A DNA stretch of 64,000 nucleotides from Vicugna vicugna (GCA_013265495.1 MU058009.1:4096739-4160738), one strand, 5' to 3'; shown: positions 22,591 to 36,159, counted from the stretch's first letter. Notes: generated by a model from the sequence alone, not told the origin. Made by a program: numbers and translations.

Positions 22591-23378
22591 CCTCAGACCC
22601 TGCGTGTGGACGCCCGAGGGCCAGAGTGGACCCCTGGGGGCGTCCATCCCCCCGCCCGCCCTGTTCTTCCTGTAGCACCTCCCACCCTGCAGCCCTCCGG
22701 CCCGACCGTCCCTGGCTCCTGCAGAATGACCCTGGCTCTTCGTGGGGACCAGGAGAACCCAGCGCCTGGCTCCCAGGTCTGGGTGACTGTGGGTACCAGA
22801 CGTGCCCTCCGGGGGGACGGTGTTCTCACCGACAAGCTCCTCTGAGCTGCCCGGCCCGCTTCCAGGGCCCTGAGCTGGGTTTCTGGCCCCTGCTCTTTTC
22901 CTCTCTCTCTTCCTCTGTTTCCATGCTTCTTTCTGTAACACAGGTGTCAGAATAATGGGAAGATGTCCTTGAATAAGTGCTTTGGAACTCCTGGTTCCCT
23001 GGCAGCTGCATTTTTTATCCTTCCCATACGGCACCTTCCTTCTCAGCCCCTGTTAGTTGTGCCTCTGTCTCTGGAACCTCAGCTCCCGCTGTGAGGGGAC
23101 TAGTCCTGGGATTCGGCATTTTGGGGCTCGAGTGCTGAGGACACGGGGGCCACGGGGGCCACGGGTACATGCGTTTCCCACCCCTTCCTCCTACTCTCCT
23201 CCCCTGAATATATATCCTCCCCCACGTCTCCCCCCGCCCTCCCCTCCACCCTCAACGCCTGCGCTCAAGCCCTCAGCAGGGTTTCCTCTGTCTTTCCTCC
23301 AGGCCTTGTAAATGCACAGACCATTTAGACTTTAAGACGGTGGGGCCACTTTTCATCTCAGGCCAGGCTGCTGCCTGG

Positions 23379-23810
23379 TTTTACGGGGTCATAAAAGTCC
23401 TGACAGGAGTCATAAAAGCCTCCGATCGCACTGCAGAAACCCTTGGAGTATATTTTAAGGGCCCCTGAGTTTTCATTTTGCTGCTTTTATGGGGACTCGT
23501 AAAAGCTGCGTGGAGGGAGCCCTCGGATTGGCTGCTCGGCACGGAGGTAGTTAAAATTACAGCTTTAGACAAATTGTTCCAGTCCCGATAAATCAGCGCC
23601 GGGCATGTGGCAGGGGGAAGGCTTCCAGCTCTGCCGCATTCCCTGTGGCCGCCCCGGCCCACCTGGCGGGCCGGCCGTGCTCGGGCAGCCCTCTTGGGCC
23701 CACCGCTGTTCTGCAAAGCCGTCCCTGGCAAAGGGAACCCCGGATGATCAACCAACTGCTTTATGCATTTTACTAGGTAGCTGGTTGACTTTTATTTCCA
23801 TAAACCTGAT
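23379..23810. promoter_or_regulatory. Candidate posterior-HOX/CDX-bound enhancer
   Basis: GTCATAAAA twice, CTCGTAAAA, TTTTACG, TTTTATGG, CCATAAA and a TGACAG in non-repeat sequence. Confidence 0.55.
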
Positions 23811-26291
23811 TGTTTTAAAGTGGACTGATTTATTTTCCAGTCAGTTGGAGTTAAAGAGACATGATCTCAGACTCTGTCCGGCAGCATGGCCAGGACAGGC
23901 CTGCTGGGCGTAGCCTGCTTTCTCCCTGCAGAGCCCCTGGCAGCCCCTGTCCCCACACGCACCCCGCCCCGACCCCCACCCGGCTGCGGCCCTGACACTT
24001 CTCCTACCTGTGGTCCTCGATGCGCCCGCCTGCCGCGGCCTGTGGGAATGGAGTGCCACTCCCTGGACCCTTCCCAGTTTTCCTCTGCTTGAACCTGGCA
24101 GAGAACCAAGTGGCAGTGGGCACCATGGGATGCTGCTCGCTTTGTGCCATTATGCGCTTTCATTAGCTTTTGGTCCAGCACATTGCCCGTCTAACAACCG
24201 GAGGCTCCGTCAGACTCTTCAACTGGGTGTTGGGAAGGAAGGGCCTAACCCTTCACCCCTTAGGGCGTCTTCCTTTTCAGGCAAAGAACGCTTCCAGGAG
24301 AGGCCCCGCCAGTGGCAGCAGCAAGGAGGCTGTGCCCACGCCCCCTCGGGAGGCCTGCGCTCCTCCTGTTTGTGTGGCCGCCTCCGTTCCCGTGGCAACC
24401 ACCTCTCTCCCCTGCTATTTCCAAAGAGCACGTGCTTGTGGGAGCATCGTTCTGAAAAAAGAATGATGGTTACTCCTCCTTCTCTGGAGGTTAGCCAAGC
24501 CAGTGCCTCCTGCAGCTTGAGGTATCCCGTTACCCAGGAAATGTCCGACTAAGTGCAGACCGGCGGGGGAGGCAGGGTGCAGGCTGGGGTGGGGAAGGAA
24601 TGACGGGGCCGCCGCCAGGCAGCGGGGTAGCCAGAGGAAGGAGACCAAGACGCACGTGAGGGACGCCCCGCCACCGGGACTTTCCTTGCAGAGTCACGGG
24701 CTGGCGGGTCGGACCGTCGAAGGCAGGGAGGGAAAGGCACGAAGCTGTTGCTGCCAAGTCCCTGCATGAGTCGCGGGAGAAAGCGGGCCGTCTCCTGAAG
24801 TTGCCTCTGTTTTGAAGGGACTTAATCTTTCCTTAAATAAATGAACCAATCACAAAGGTTATAGGCTACGTGAGAGAAGAGCACGTCTTATTTCTGTCTC
24901 GCTCTCGTTTTGTATAATTATTACATCAACTGTGGCTGATCAAAGCATTCATTAAAGAGACACTCTCTCTCCTCTGCGTTGCTGCGGTTTGGGGAGAGTT
25001 GGCAGCTTTCTGTGTCCCTGGTTGTATTTCCCGTCTTCTCCTTCATGGCTGACTTCTCCCTTCCTCTCCTCCTCCTCCCCGTTCTCCGTGCTAGCGACTT
25101 TTAACCCAGCAGTTCTTTCCCCCCTTTTTCCTCTCCACCTGGCTTAATAGGTCTCGCCTAAGGCTCCGAGGGAACCAGGAGCCAGAGCAGCTCTGGGGGG
25201 CGCGTCTGTGGCCTCGAGGTGAGCCCTGCAGCGGGCCCCCTGTTTCAGGGAAGGCAGCCCGCGCCTCGCCGGGCACCGCCCTCGCCCCCACGTCCCCTTC
25301 TGTGTCCTCCTCCAGGACCTGATTCCAGTGCCAGGTTTATGCCTTGTCCCCGCAGCTTGCTCTGAAAGACAGGAACATATCCGACATCCCTTTGTCAGAC
25401 GTGGAGGGGATTCTGTGCCGCCGAAGGATTTCCATATCGTCAGCTCTCTGTCTTTGCAAACTCTCATCTCTCAACGTTGCCCCCCCCCCAACCGCCGCCT
25501 CCTTATTCCAATGCTGTTCTTCCTGTGGACGATGCTCCAGGTAATTTCCCATACAGGGCTCCCCCGGGGGTTCAGCAGCCCAGTACATTACAGGGGGACA
25601 TGACTTGAACGTGGAGAGCATTTGGGGTGAACGTGTGGAAGCACATTTTTCACGTGAGCATGCCTCTGTATGCCGTCGTGTGGCATAATTTCATCTCACT
25701 GTCCGCTGGGCTAATGGCAGACTCCTCCCGAAGCTATAAAAGAGCTTCGGTCTTCAGTCCATATGCCATCATGTATTTGTTCGCTCTTTCAGCACACAAA
25801 GCACAGGCTGTGTTCTGGGTTCCTTGCTCGTACCCGGGGACATGGCGATAAGGAACAGTTCTGTCTTCCTGCGCTTCGTAAACAAATAGGACAGGAAGCA
25901 AATGCCATCAGTTACTGGCTAAATATTGCGGACATTGCAGTGACACAGAAGGAGGAGGCAGGAGGAAGCAGCGACTTTCTGGAGGTGTTTGATCTTACCT
26001 GGACTTTCCTCAAGAGGAAAGGGCATTCCAGGTAGAGGCAGCAGTGCAGGAAACACCCAGAAACATGAAGCAGTGTGTGTGTGAGTGTGTGTGTGTGTGG
26101 AGGGGGTGTTGGTACTTCTCTGCTAAAGGACCGGGTAGAGGAGCCCTGAGCAAGCACGAGGCGGGAGGGGACGTCAAGGATCAGATTCTGAGGGGTATGT
26201 GTGTTGCAAGACACAAACCATGAATTCAGACTACTAGAGACAAAAAACAGCATTGTGTGTTCCCGTATCAGTGTGGGCCATTACGTGTTCC

Positions 26292-26890
26292 TCCCACTTA
26301 GCAAACACTTATTGAGTGCCTGCTGTGTACAAAGTCATGTGCCCGGTGTGGCAGAGGTGCAATGATGGTACAAAGATGTATCTTAGTACCAGCCTTCCAA
26401 GGATGAGCGTGTTGTTGCAGAGACAGGGCATAAACAGATAAAAAAGCTGACGATAGCTTCACCCATGCACGCACACGCATCAGACAGCAATGGAAAGTGA
26501 GATGACAAGGTCATACATGAGTGGTTGTCAAGTGATGTTAAGGACCGTTATGGAGGTAAAGGAGAGAGAATGACAGACGGAGGTGGTCCAGGAAGGACCT
26601 TAAACTGAACCCAGAAGGATGGGGAAGGTTTTGGAAGGGGGAGCCTTGATGGGTAGAAAGACTTGACTGGAAGTGTAACAGCAGGAAAATCCAGGCCTTA
26701 CTTCGAGTGAGGCAGCTAGACTTGCCGGGAGGAGAGCTGGTGGCGGTGCATGGTCACAGCCTGGCGGCGTGCTGCCTTCAGACCGTGGCGGGGGGTCTCA
26801 GCTGTCAGAGTGAAGGGGTTGGATTTTTTCCCTTTGGCAGCAGGGAGTCAACCCTGAAGGTCTGAGTAGGGAAGTGACATAGGATTGGTC
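26292..26890 (-). mobile_element. L2 3' portion
   Basis: cacttagcaaacactttattgagtgcctgctgtgtac; ggtccaggaaggacctt; ttggcagcagggagtca. Confidence 0.75.
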
Positions 26891-27349
26891 AATTTCTCTT
26901 GTGGGCTGTTTCTGGCACCTTTATTGTACAAACCCCATCACATTTAATAATTCTTCAGTTATCTGGAACATTACTATAGCAAGATATCCTATCTTTTAAT
27001 GGGAATTCAGGAATGGGAGTTTACTGATAAGCAACTGAATTAGAAGGATATCAGGGAGGGAATTTTGGTCAAAGAGGATAAGAATGTGAGTTTTGAGTGG
27101 CAATGGTCCAAGATAAACCCTACTGTATCAATTTCTTCTAAGGGGATTCAATTAATACTCCGTAAACAGCACGCAGAAAAATGAAGCGGTGCCTTTGTGT
27201 TTCTTGCCAAGGCTGGGCTGCTTCCGCTCGTTGCTTGCGTAACTGTCTACCATTAGGGTGCACAGTCTTACATTTTTTTCTCTCCTTTTTTGCCCCCTCT
27301 TAATACCCATGGTTCTTCTGAATCATTTCTCTACAGCATCTCTATTCAG

Positions 27350-27558
27350 TTTGAAGGCAGCTGGTTGCTGGGGTGTGGACCCAAGTCCTACCACTTCCTT
27401 TCTCTGTGATCTTGGGCGAGTTTATAACTTTCTGCATCCATATTAACTCATGTGGACAATGAGGACAGCGCTGCTAACAATCTCATCCAGTTGGGGGATA
27501 AGTACATTTCACACTTGTAAAGTCTTTAGATGAATCCGGGCACCCGGCAAGCAAGCTC
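27350..27558 (+). mobile_element. MIR SINE
   Basis: ctaccactt ... ctgtgatcttgggcgagttt ... tgtaaagtctttag. Confidence 0.7.
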
Positions 27559-28869
27559 CTTCCCAGCTCTCCCGCCTGCAGAGCTGGCTGCACTGCGATG
27601 TTTCCCGTGTACGGTGTGGCTTTCCCTCAGCGCACGGATTGTCTCTGAGCTCAAGGTTCTGGTGTAAGCTTGTTCCAGAGCATCCTTTAGCCCTTGGGTG
27701 GCTCAGAGCTCTTTCCCTCATTTTTCAGGGCTAATAGTCTCCTTGATCAAACGTTAGCATAAGGTGTTAGCATATCTATAGCACAATTATATTTTGATTA
27801 CTCGAGTCCCAGTCAGACTAAAAGATGCCTTCAATCGAGATATAAATAATTTAGAATGTTTACACCGAGGGGAATTACAGAGGAGGGAAGGAGAGAGAGG
27901 ACTTGTGTGTGCAGGGTTTGGTGGGTGTGGGGCAGGGATGGTGGCAGAAGACAGACTGGATGTCCACTTCATCCTGCCCCTCGTCTCTGAACTATTCTCT
28001 TAGAAGGCACATGCGTGTGTTCCAAATACAGACACCATTCCGAACTGCTTTGAATCCTCTTCTTCCTTTTAATCTCATTAAATCTATCCCCAAAATGTCT
28101 CATTTATTAAGTAAAAAACAGTGGTTTTGACTTCCGTTTCTTCCTTGTGGCCAGATCCCTAGGTGGATACACGGTTCGGTCCTAGGATTCATCTTTGAAG
28201 GTCCCTCCTGCCTTGGGCAGTTAACGTCCTCACCTCACCATGGATGTCACTAGTCTTTGTGCTACTTTACTGTCAGTGTGGAAACCTGCTTCCCCTCGAC
28301 TGGTGTCCTCTGAAACAGGCTACAATAAATCTCATTATATTTGGGCTCCAAAGAAGTTTTACCCATGCAGGTGCAGGCGCGTGTGCACGCGTGCACACAC
28401 ACACATGAGTGCACCGTATCGGCTGGAACATGGGCGTATCTGTGGTAGCATCACAATCATTCAGGGTCTGTGAAGTCCAGGCTACCCTGGAGATTGAATC
28501 AGCTTTCAAGTAGCTGTGGATGGTAAGATGAAAGGACCACTCTCTTTGGGGACTTTTAAGTAATGACATTATTGACTGTCCTCTGAGCAGCATGGAGAGA
28601 AATTTAAGGTCTGAAATGGAGACAGTTTTTATAGTTACATTTAGAGCGGGTGACGTACGGATGAACCCATCCTGGAAAGCTGTTAGTTTTGTACCTTCCC
28701 GCCCAGAATGAGTGCAGGATGCTTGGGAGAAACAGACCTAAGTTTTTGGGGGCTTTGTTTGTTTGTTTTTTATTTTTTATTTTTTGTTTTGTTTTTGATG
28801 TGGCCGTACTACAGATGATGACTGGGATGGTGTCCGGGCTGAAGAAGCAGGGATGAAACTGTGGGAATA

Positions 28870-28975
28870 GCACTGGTGTGGCTGGCCATTCCATCAGGGT
28901 CACCCAGGGAGTTTTCAAAACACACTGGTTCCTGGGCCCCAAACCGGGAGATTCTGCACGTCTAGGGATGGAATG
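28870..28975. mobile_element. MER5A fragment
   Basis: catcagggtcacccagggagttttcaaaacacactggttcctgggcccca. Confidence 0.65.
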
Positions 28976-29009
28976 CCACCAGCAGACTGACAGCCAGCCA
29001 GATTTGGGT

Positions 29010-29303
29010 CATGTGGGTTCAGAGGGTGTCAGAAAGACCCCTTGAATCTTCTCTTGACCTATTAGTGTCTCAAAACACCTTTGAGGTAAGACGCATCCCT
29101 CTGAGCCTCAGCTTCCCCACCCGCGGCCCCCGCGGCCTAGCCCGGCCCCTCCCCCGTGGCCCCCGCGTTCTAGCCCAGCTCCTCACCAGGCGGGGGACAA
29201 CTTGAGGGCAGTACCTCTGCTTTCTCTTTGCCGTCTGCCCCATGACAGTGCCAGGCAGAGGAGGGACCTCCCTGGTTGTTCGGCATGAATGAGCGAGTGA
29301 GTG
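29010..29303 (+). mobile_element. MIR fragment followed by an L2 3' end, both GC-shifted
   Basis: ctctgagcctcagcttccccacc (MIR core); acagtgccaggcaga ... atgaatgagcgagtgagtg (L2 tail). Confidence 0.6.
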
Positions 29304-30249
29304 TCGGGAGGCGGGGCGGGGCACGCGAGCGAGCTCTCACACCCACGTTGTGTGTGTTACACGAGTGATCGTGTGCTCTATTCCTGGCACACGGCGGGTC
29401 AGAGAAGCTCCCTTCCCCTCTTCACTTGCCTTTTCTGCGGTCCAGCAAGGCCACTGTGTTGTTCTTGTTTTCACACTCCCTTGCCTTTTCCCCTTTTCAA
29501 GCGGGGAGAGGGGCTCAGACCTTGCCCCCCACCTGTTGCGCTTGCGCTGACCCTTAGCTACGCTATTAACGATCTAGGTTTACAAACGGTCTTTCTCACT
29601 CAAAGCCTTCTTGTTTCCCTAAAGAAAGCAAATGCTTCTTTTCCTCAGCAATTGTAAAACAACTTCAAACAAGAAATGGTTTTTTCAAAGAAAAGGAAAA
29701 TAACGGATTGTGACCACACCTGTGTGCTTCAGCTCTTAGCGTCCACCGTGTGTGTGGTTGAGTGAGGCGTATCTGTGATATTTTCTTATTTTCCGGCCAG
29801 AAGTGCAGCCCCTTTCCTTCCTGTCTTCACTGGGTGTTTCCGTCTTTCAGAAGCCTCGTCCCATTTGGCTCATGCATCCTGACCCCTGTTTTAATAAGAG
29901 TGCTGGGTGCTACGTTCAGGGATGTGCAGGAGCGGACAGGAATCTACCCTGCCACCTTTCCCCGGCTTGAAAATAAGCCAGTCGCCCAGGGAGACCCAGC
30001 ACCTGCATCTCTCAACCCAAAACGGCGAGAAAGCTTGAGGGGAGAGGAAGGGCCCCCGAGCAAACAGAGGCGCTTTGACTTTCTTGTGTGTCTTCTTCCT
30101 CGTGAAGGCTGGAGGCAGGAAGGGAAGTTTAGGAAGTAGAGCATGTTTCAGTCTACCCAGAAAAGAGGAAAACTTCCACCAACCAGAGTCGAGAGAGTGT
30201 GGAGAAGACAGCCTCCCTTTGAAATAGACTGAAGCCTCTGCTGCAAGCG

Positions 30250-30625
30250 CCTTATCCCAGGCCCGAGGACCGTCTGCGGGGCTGGGGAGCTCCGCAGGCG
30301 TGAGACCTGCTCTGTCCCGTGAGGAGCGGCCTGGAGGCGCCGGAGGACAGCCCTGCAGTCACTTCCTCTGGGGACGGGGCTGAAGGGGCTGACGCGGTCG
30401 GGTGGGCTTCGGCGCCGTCTCCCACGGAACCGACGGTGCCCGGCTTCTCCCCAACCCTCGTCTGCGCGCGGCTGTTCTCCAAGGCCCCGGGTCTGGGGCG
30501 TCTTGTCCTCCGTGGCCGCAGAAGAGCCTGGGGGCTCCGCCGGGGGCGTGGGGCCGGGGCGGCCAAGCCCTCCAGGAACGGCCCGCGGTGTGAGGTCTCC
30601 AGACACTTCGGGCGCCTCCCTGCTC
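30250..30625. other. Small CpG island
   Basis: High GC and dense CpG over about 370 bp. Confidence 0.65.
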
Positions 30626-31274
30626 TGCGTCTGCTTTGCTCTATTTATGCAAAGAGTCTACCCCTGGGGGAAAAGCCAGGTCATATCAGAAGCGCATCAG
30701 AGAAGCTTCCTATTAAGGAAGGCTGTGGTGAATCCTTTTGTGAGGGGATAATCCTCTGGCCTGATAGGCACTCACTTTGTAAATGTTGGGGTTGGGGGTT
30801 GGTGCGTGTATCCAGTTTTACAAACTTGGGGCCCATCATGATGCACAGTGTTAAGCATCTGGTTCAGCAGCGCTGTATCTGGATCCTAGGTCAGCTAAAG
30901 CGCTCAGTCTGACTCCCTGGCGGAGGCAGAAGAAGGGGAATGGCTTTTTAAAACAAAGCTCTGTGTGTGTTGTGCAAAGGTATGAGGCAGGTGGTGGGAA
31001 TAACCCTGGTGGGAGTTCGGCAGGATGGAAGGGAGGGAAAAGAAGGGATGGAATATACGGAGCAGGGAAGGAAGCACCGAGCCGACCGAGCTTGGAGTTT
31101 AGAATCGGCCTTAGGGTTTGGAAGGAGGACGTGGGGGAAGCCCCCCCAGCCCTGGGTGTCGGCCCTCAGCCATGGGAGGCAAGCGTGCGCAGCTCAGTGG
31201 ACTGAGTGGGAATCAGCAGGGCGTGGGGCTGCCGTTTGTCCCCCCTGCCCTGCCCCGCGGGGTGGGGACGGGAC

Positions 31275-31545
31275 CCTGTGGAAAGAGCGTGGGCTGTGGT
31301 CTCAGGCAGACGGGAGGTTAAACTCCAGCCCTGACACCAACCACTTCCTGGACGGATCTCTTGGGGCAAGACTTATGTATATATTTTTCATTTTCTTATC
31401 AGTATTTGAATCTTTCTGTGCCTTCGTTTTCCATCCGTTTGCTGAATATGGGAACCTCTCCCTGCAGGCCTGTCGTGTGGACCAAGAGCCTGTGAATGTC
31501 AAGTTCTTAATAGCAGGGCTGACCCCGGACGGGACTCAGGAAATG
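31275..31545 (+). mobile_element. MIR SINE
   Basis: gtggaaagagcgtgggctgtgg ... ttggggcaagac ... tctgtgccttcgttttccatc. Confidence 0.7.
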
Positions 31546-34500
31546 AAAACTATCAATATTGTTGGCTGCATGTTTATTTTTTCCCTAAAAGCCTCGCTGT
31601 TAAAGCACAAGCCTGGTGTGGAGCCTGTGGCAGGGCTTCTGAAAGTATTTGCTTTGAGAATGAGCCACGGTGCTGGTGCATGGAGCACAGAGAGTGACCG
31701 GATGACAGTGCTGGGGACCATATGTCTCTCTCTCTCTGTGTCATTTGCCTTCCCTCCCCAGCATTAGCGATGCCCCCATTTTCCCCTAAAAATATGTCTG
31801 TTTCACCGAACCGGTGTTGCTCAGAAAGCTTAAACCATTTCCAGTGATTCCACACTCTTTTCATCCCTTCTGTCCTGCCCCATCAGGCTCTGACCACTGT
31901 TTGATTTCAGCAACTCAGAGAGCTCTTCCTTTTCTTTCCCTTTTCCTTTTGCCTTTTCTTTTCTTTCTTTCCTTTTTTTCCTCCGTGTTGTCAGAGCCCT
32001 AGGAGTTTCTTTCCCTGTTTAATTAAGAGCGAATGAAGGCTCGGGCATGTTTTGTAACTGGAGAGAATTCACCAGCGGGACACCGAGGTGGGGATCCGCG
32101 TGCTGAAAGAAGGGCGGGCGGACACACGTGGGCGCAGGGGGAGGCGGCCGGCACCGGGTCTGCGTCCCGCTGCCCCATCGCCCAGCCCTCCCTCTGCTCA
32201 TCGGCCTGGAAGCTTTGCCTCTGGCAGAAGTCCCCCTGTCTTTTGTTAGGAAAAGCTGCAGTTGGAAGCTTGTTTTCTAAAAGCATTTTTAAACGCACAG
32301 TGTGCTCTCCTGAAATGCGCCTGTGCCTGGGAGGGTCCTGCACGTTAATTCTTGCTGCCCAGGGAAGTGTCCTCATTTTCCATGACTTCACTGACCTGTC
32401 CCCACTGTGCACTTGGCTGTCTTTAAGCACAGGTGCAGCTTGGGATTGGAGCGGCACAGCCCAGGGAAGTGTCCGCCAGATGTATACGCATGCGCTGATG
32501 TGAGGAACAGACCAGACTGGTGGCTCAGAGAAAGCATGCAAGCGGGGAGAGGGTGGGTGAGGTCCTGGTGCAGAGCCATGTGGAAAGGGAGACCCTTCCT
32601 GCACGGAGGCAGTGCCCAGGCCAGCGTCGGGGCTCCGCTTTCCCAGCAGCTCCGGAGGCCCCGTCTGGGGAGGAAGAACGGAGTGCAAGTGCTCAGTGGC
32701 GTCTCCGGAGCCCTGGACCAGACTCCTTGCTTTCCCCAGCTCTGCTCTGCGCTCCGCATTTGGAAGAAGGCATTATGAGATTCCTAATGAGGGAAGCATG
32801 CTTTTATTAAACTCCTGGACCAAACTGCCTCCCCATTGCCCTCTTTCTTTTCCGTGAGACATGATGGGTTATTACATTTGTGATTAAAAAGATCTGTCAT
32901 CGGTGTGTTTTGCCTTTTCAATTTTGTTGGAAGGTAATCATGATGCCAGTTCTTAGAGGAACAGAAAGATGTAAAAGAGAAGGCATATTCGGATATTGAG
33001 GGAACTCGCCCTGCAGAGAGGGTTGACCTTTTCTTCTGCAATCACTGCTGGCCGTGTGGCTTGGATGGCTGGGGGGCCAGTGGGCTGACCACGTCCGCAC
33101 TGCCCCAGTTCTGCATGGCAGGAGAGAAGCAAAGGGCCGGCCGGCTTCTTAAGCCAGTGACGAGACTGCAGATGCTCATGCAGATAATTCTGGAAGTTTT
33201 AGAAAATCCCAGTGCTCACCCTCACCCTGGCTTTCACATAATGCCTAATCATCTAGCTCTGTACTTACTATCCGTTTGGATCTAAATGTGTCAGAAGTGA
33301 CTTTTTCCCATAAAATATATTGAACATAAAACCGAGCATTTGAACTTCAGCTAGTGTGTGATACAGCTGCAGCCCCAAGCTTCCGCTCACTCCGGTCACT
33401 CGGATATCAAAGGAGGAGGAGCGTGCGGATTCCGCTTCTCCGTGGTGAGACCACCCGCTTACGGAGCGAGCCACCAAGTTGTAGGGGTGACTGATCCGGT
33501 ACAGAGGTCGATTCCCTTCCGAAGCCCCCACTGTTCTCCCCAACGACTTGACTCAGACTTGGACGGCCCCACTGGCCTCCTAACTAGTTTCTTCCTTTCC
33601 AGTCTCAGACCCACATCTGTTCCGTATCCAGGTGCGGCTCTTTGTGTTAAAATAGCGTCTTGATGGTGTCTGTTCTCTCCGTGAACCAGCTTCAGTGGAT
33701 TCCCCCTTCAATGGCCTTTCCCGTCTCATCCTGGCATTTGAGGCTCTCTGTTAAGCTCCCCCTTGCACTTCTTTCTGTCTTGTCTTCCGCTGGGCTCCCA
33801 GGCGCATTCGTGGCAGCTGGGTGGTACTGCCAGCTGCCGTGGAAGGAGCCTCTTCCACTTCCCCCAGTTCGGGACTTTCCCAGTATCTTTTTGTCTCCCC
33901 ATAAGTAAAAAAAAAGTCCATCCTTTATCTTTGCCCATCAAAACTGTACAGTTTTCTCAAAATGTAGCCGCAAGCTGACCCTCCTAAGAATTCTCTGGTG
34001 AAGGTGCCATTCACCTGATGCCGAGGGACTCAGGTTCTGACCTCGGCTCTCGGTTAAGACCCTTAGACTTCTCTTGGTCTCAGTTTCTTGTCTTTCTTAT
34101 CATCTCTAAGCGATCTTGGCCTTCATTCTGTAATGGGAAGTGACCTGACACTTACCTCTCTCCTGTGGGCGTTGCATCTGTCGGGGGGTCATTTGTACAC
34201 GTGTCTGTAAGCCTCAGCAAGCCTGGAGCCATTTCTTGTGTGATTGTATCCTTCATGGCAACTAGTTCTATGATTTATAATATTTGTTCCACAAATATGT
34301 GAAGAACTGAATGGAACCACCTTTACTGCAAACTCTGTAATGATCTTGTGATTTGAAAAAAATACACATAAATGGACATGAGGAACTCCTTGGGAGAACC
34401 ACTTCCTGCAGGGCCTCGAACATGTTCTTGGGAAATAAGTGAGTTAGTAAGTTGACCTCTTGTTGAAGTGGTCCGAATGCTAGCAGTGCTCCGGGATGGA

Positions 34501-34679
34501 AGGGATCAGGCAGCTCCGTCACGGAACACAGCACAGATGACGGCAGGGAGCTCGAATCGGCGCCTCACCGCGAACTGGATGGGTGATCTGGACGCACCTG
34601 TCCTGCCGTTTCTTCAGCAGGGTGCTTATATTTATCATGCTATTTTTACTTGTCAGAAAAGGGTATTTGCGTGGGTGCT

Positions 34680-34908
34680 CTACATTTTTTACTATGTACA
34701 GTGTTCCTGAGCTTTATTAGCATTATCCCAATTAATTCTCATAATAATTCTGTGACCGATAGGTTATGATTCACATTTCAAAGCTGAGAAAGCTAAGATT
34801 CAGAGAGGGGAAGTAACTTGGCCAAAGTTACACAGCTGACTGGCAGAGCTGCTATCAAACCAGACCCTCCCGATGCCGGAGCTCACGCGCTTTCTCTGCA
34901 TCACATGG
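34680..34908 (-). mobile_element. MIR SINE, near full length
   Basis: cagagaggggaagtaacttggccaaagttacacagct antisense core. Confidence 0.85.
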
Positions 34909-36159
34909 TCCACGTCAGCGCTACCACTTCCCGCTTCTGTGTCCCCGGGCAGCCTCCTTCGCACCTGCATCTCCGCGAGTGTCTGCCTCCTCCCCGAGCC
35001 CTGCTCTCCAACAGTTTGGAAGTAATCACTCCTTTCATGAGAATTCTCACAGCACTTTAGATTTTTATCTAAATCTCTTTGACATAATTAATCACTTTCA
35101 TCCATAGAACATAGCCATTTACGTCCTGATTCCATCTTCCTTCCCGCACAGGACTCTCCGGGGAGGGGAGAACTGATGCCCTTTGACTCATTCGTCCTGT
35201 TCAGGAGTGACGGGAACAGCTAAAGCACAGGGTCGTCCCTCCACACACGTGCGTGGAAGGTGGGGTCGGGGAAGGAGGGAGGAGAGAGGGGACGAAAGGA
35301 AGGAATTAGAGAACAATAGAAGCCGGTGTATAATTAAGTGTTAAATTGTGTGGTTCAGACTAATTATAAAGTCTTTTAAAAGAAATGCAGTTTTATTACT
35401 TTCAAGAACATAAAGTTAATTAATGGCTAACAAAATGTTGTCAAGTAGCTGTCTTGTCATTTCCACTGTAATTAATCAATGCTTTTTTGCATAAATGCAG
35501 ACGTGGACTTAAGCCCAGCCCATCTCCAGATTACGAAGAATTTTGAATTAGCACAATCGGAAATAATGAGGTATTTTTTTTGGAGGGTCAAGACAGAAGT
35601 CTAAAGATGAGAGCATATTCTTCTTTCCTCCTTGTTGAAAGTTCAGAAGTAAGAGATGTGGACCCAGTAAATCACCAGAGAGGTAATCTGTAGAAGTTTA
35701 TTGTGAATGCACCAAAAAGACAGTTTGGTTTGTCAAACCAAAACACGGGGCGAGGACAGGGTGTGTTGTTACAAAGCGTCTCATACAGTGGGAAGGCAGC
35801 CACAGCGGTTGGCTGTAACATTAGCATTTTCTTGAATGACAAGAGTTGGTTAGTGTTTCCCTGATAGCAACCTTGGGAAACAGTGTAAGTTTTGCTAATA
35901 ATTTACAGAGGCATAAGCAAGAAATGACCCAGGTCAGATCAGTCTTGCTAAGTGAAGCTTTGCTTGTGAGACTAAACTGGTTTTGTCTGCTTAGGGAATT
36001 TTCAAGGCTGGTCTGGGGTATTTTTTTTGTTTTTGTTTTTGTTTTTGTTTTTTACTTTACTAACATCTCCTTCTTTTGACTAATTGAATGGTTCATTCAT
36101 CCAATTTTTTAAAAACAGATTTAAAGTGACTACTTGAAGGCTATTTCAAAAAAGCAAAA

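Noticed and set aside
30967..31767. 266-aa ORF
   Set aside because: Spans a MIR and a low-complexity T-rich insert; no domain similarity
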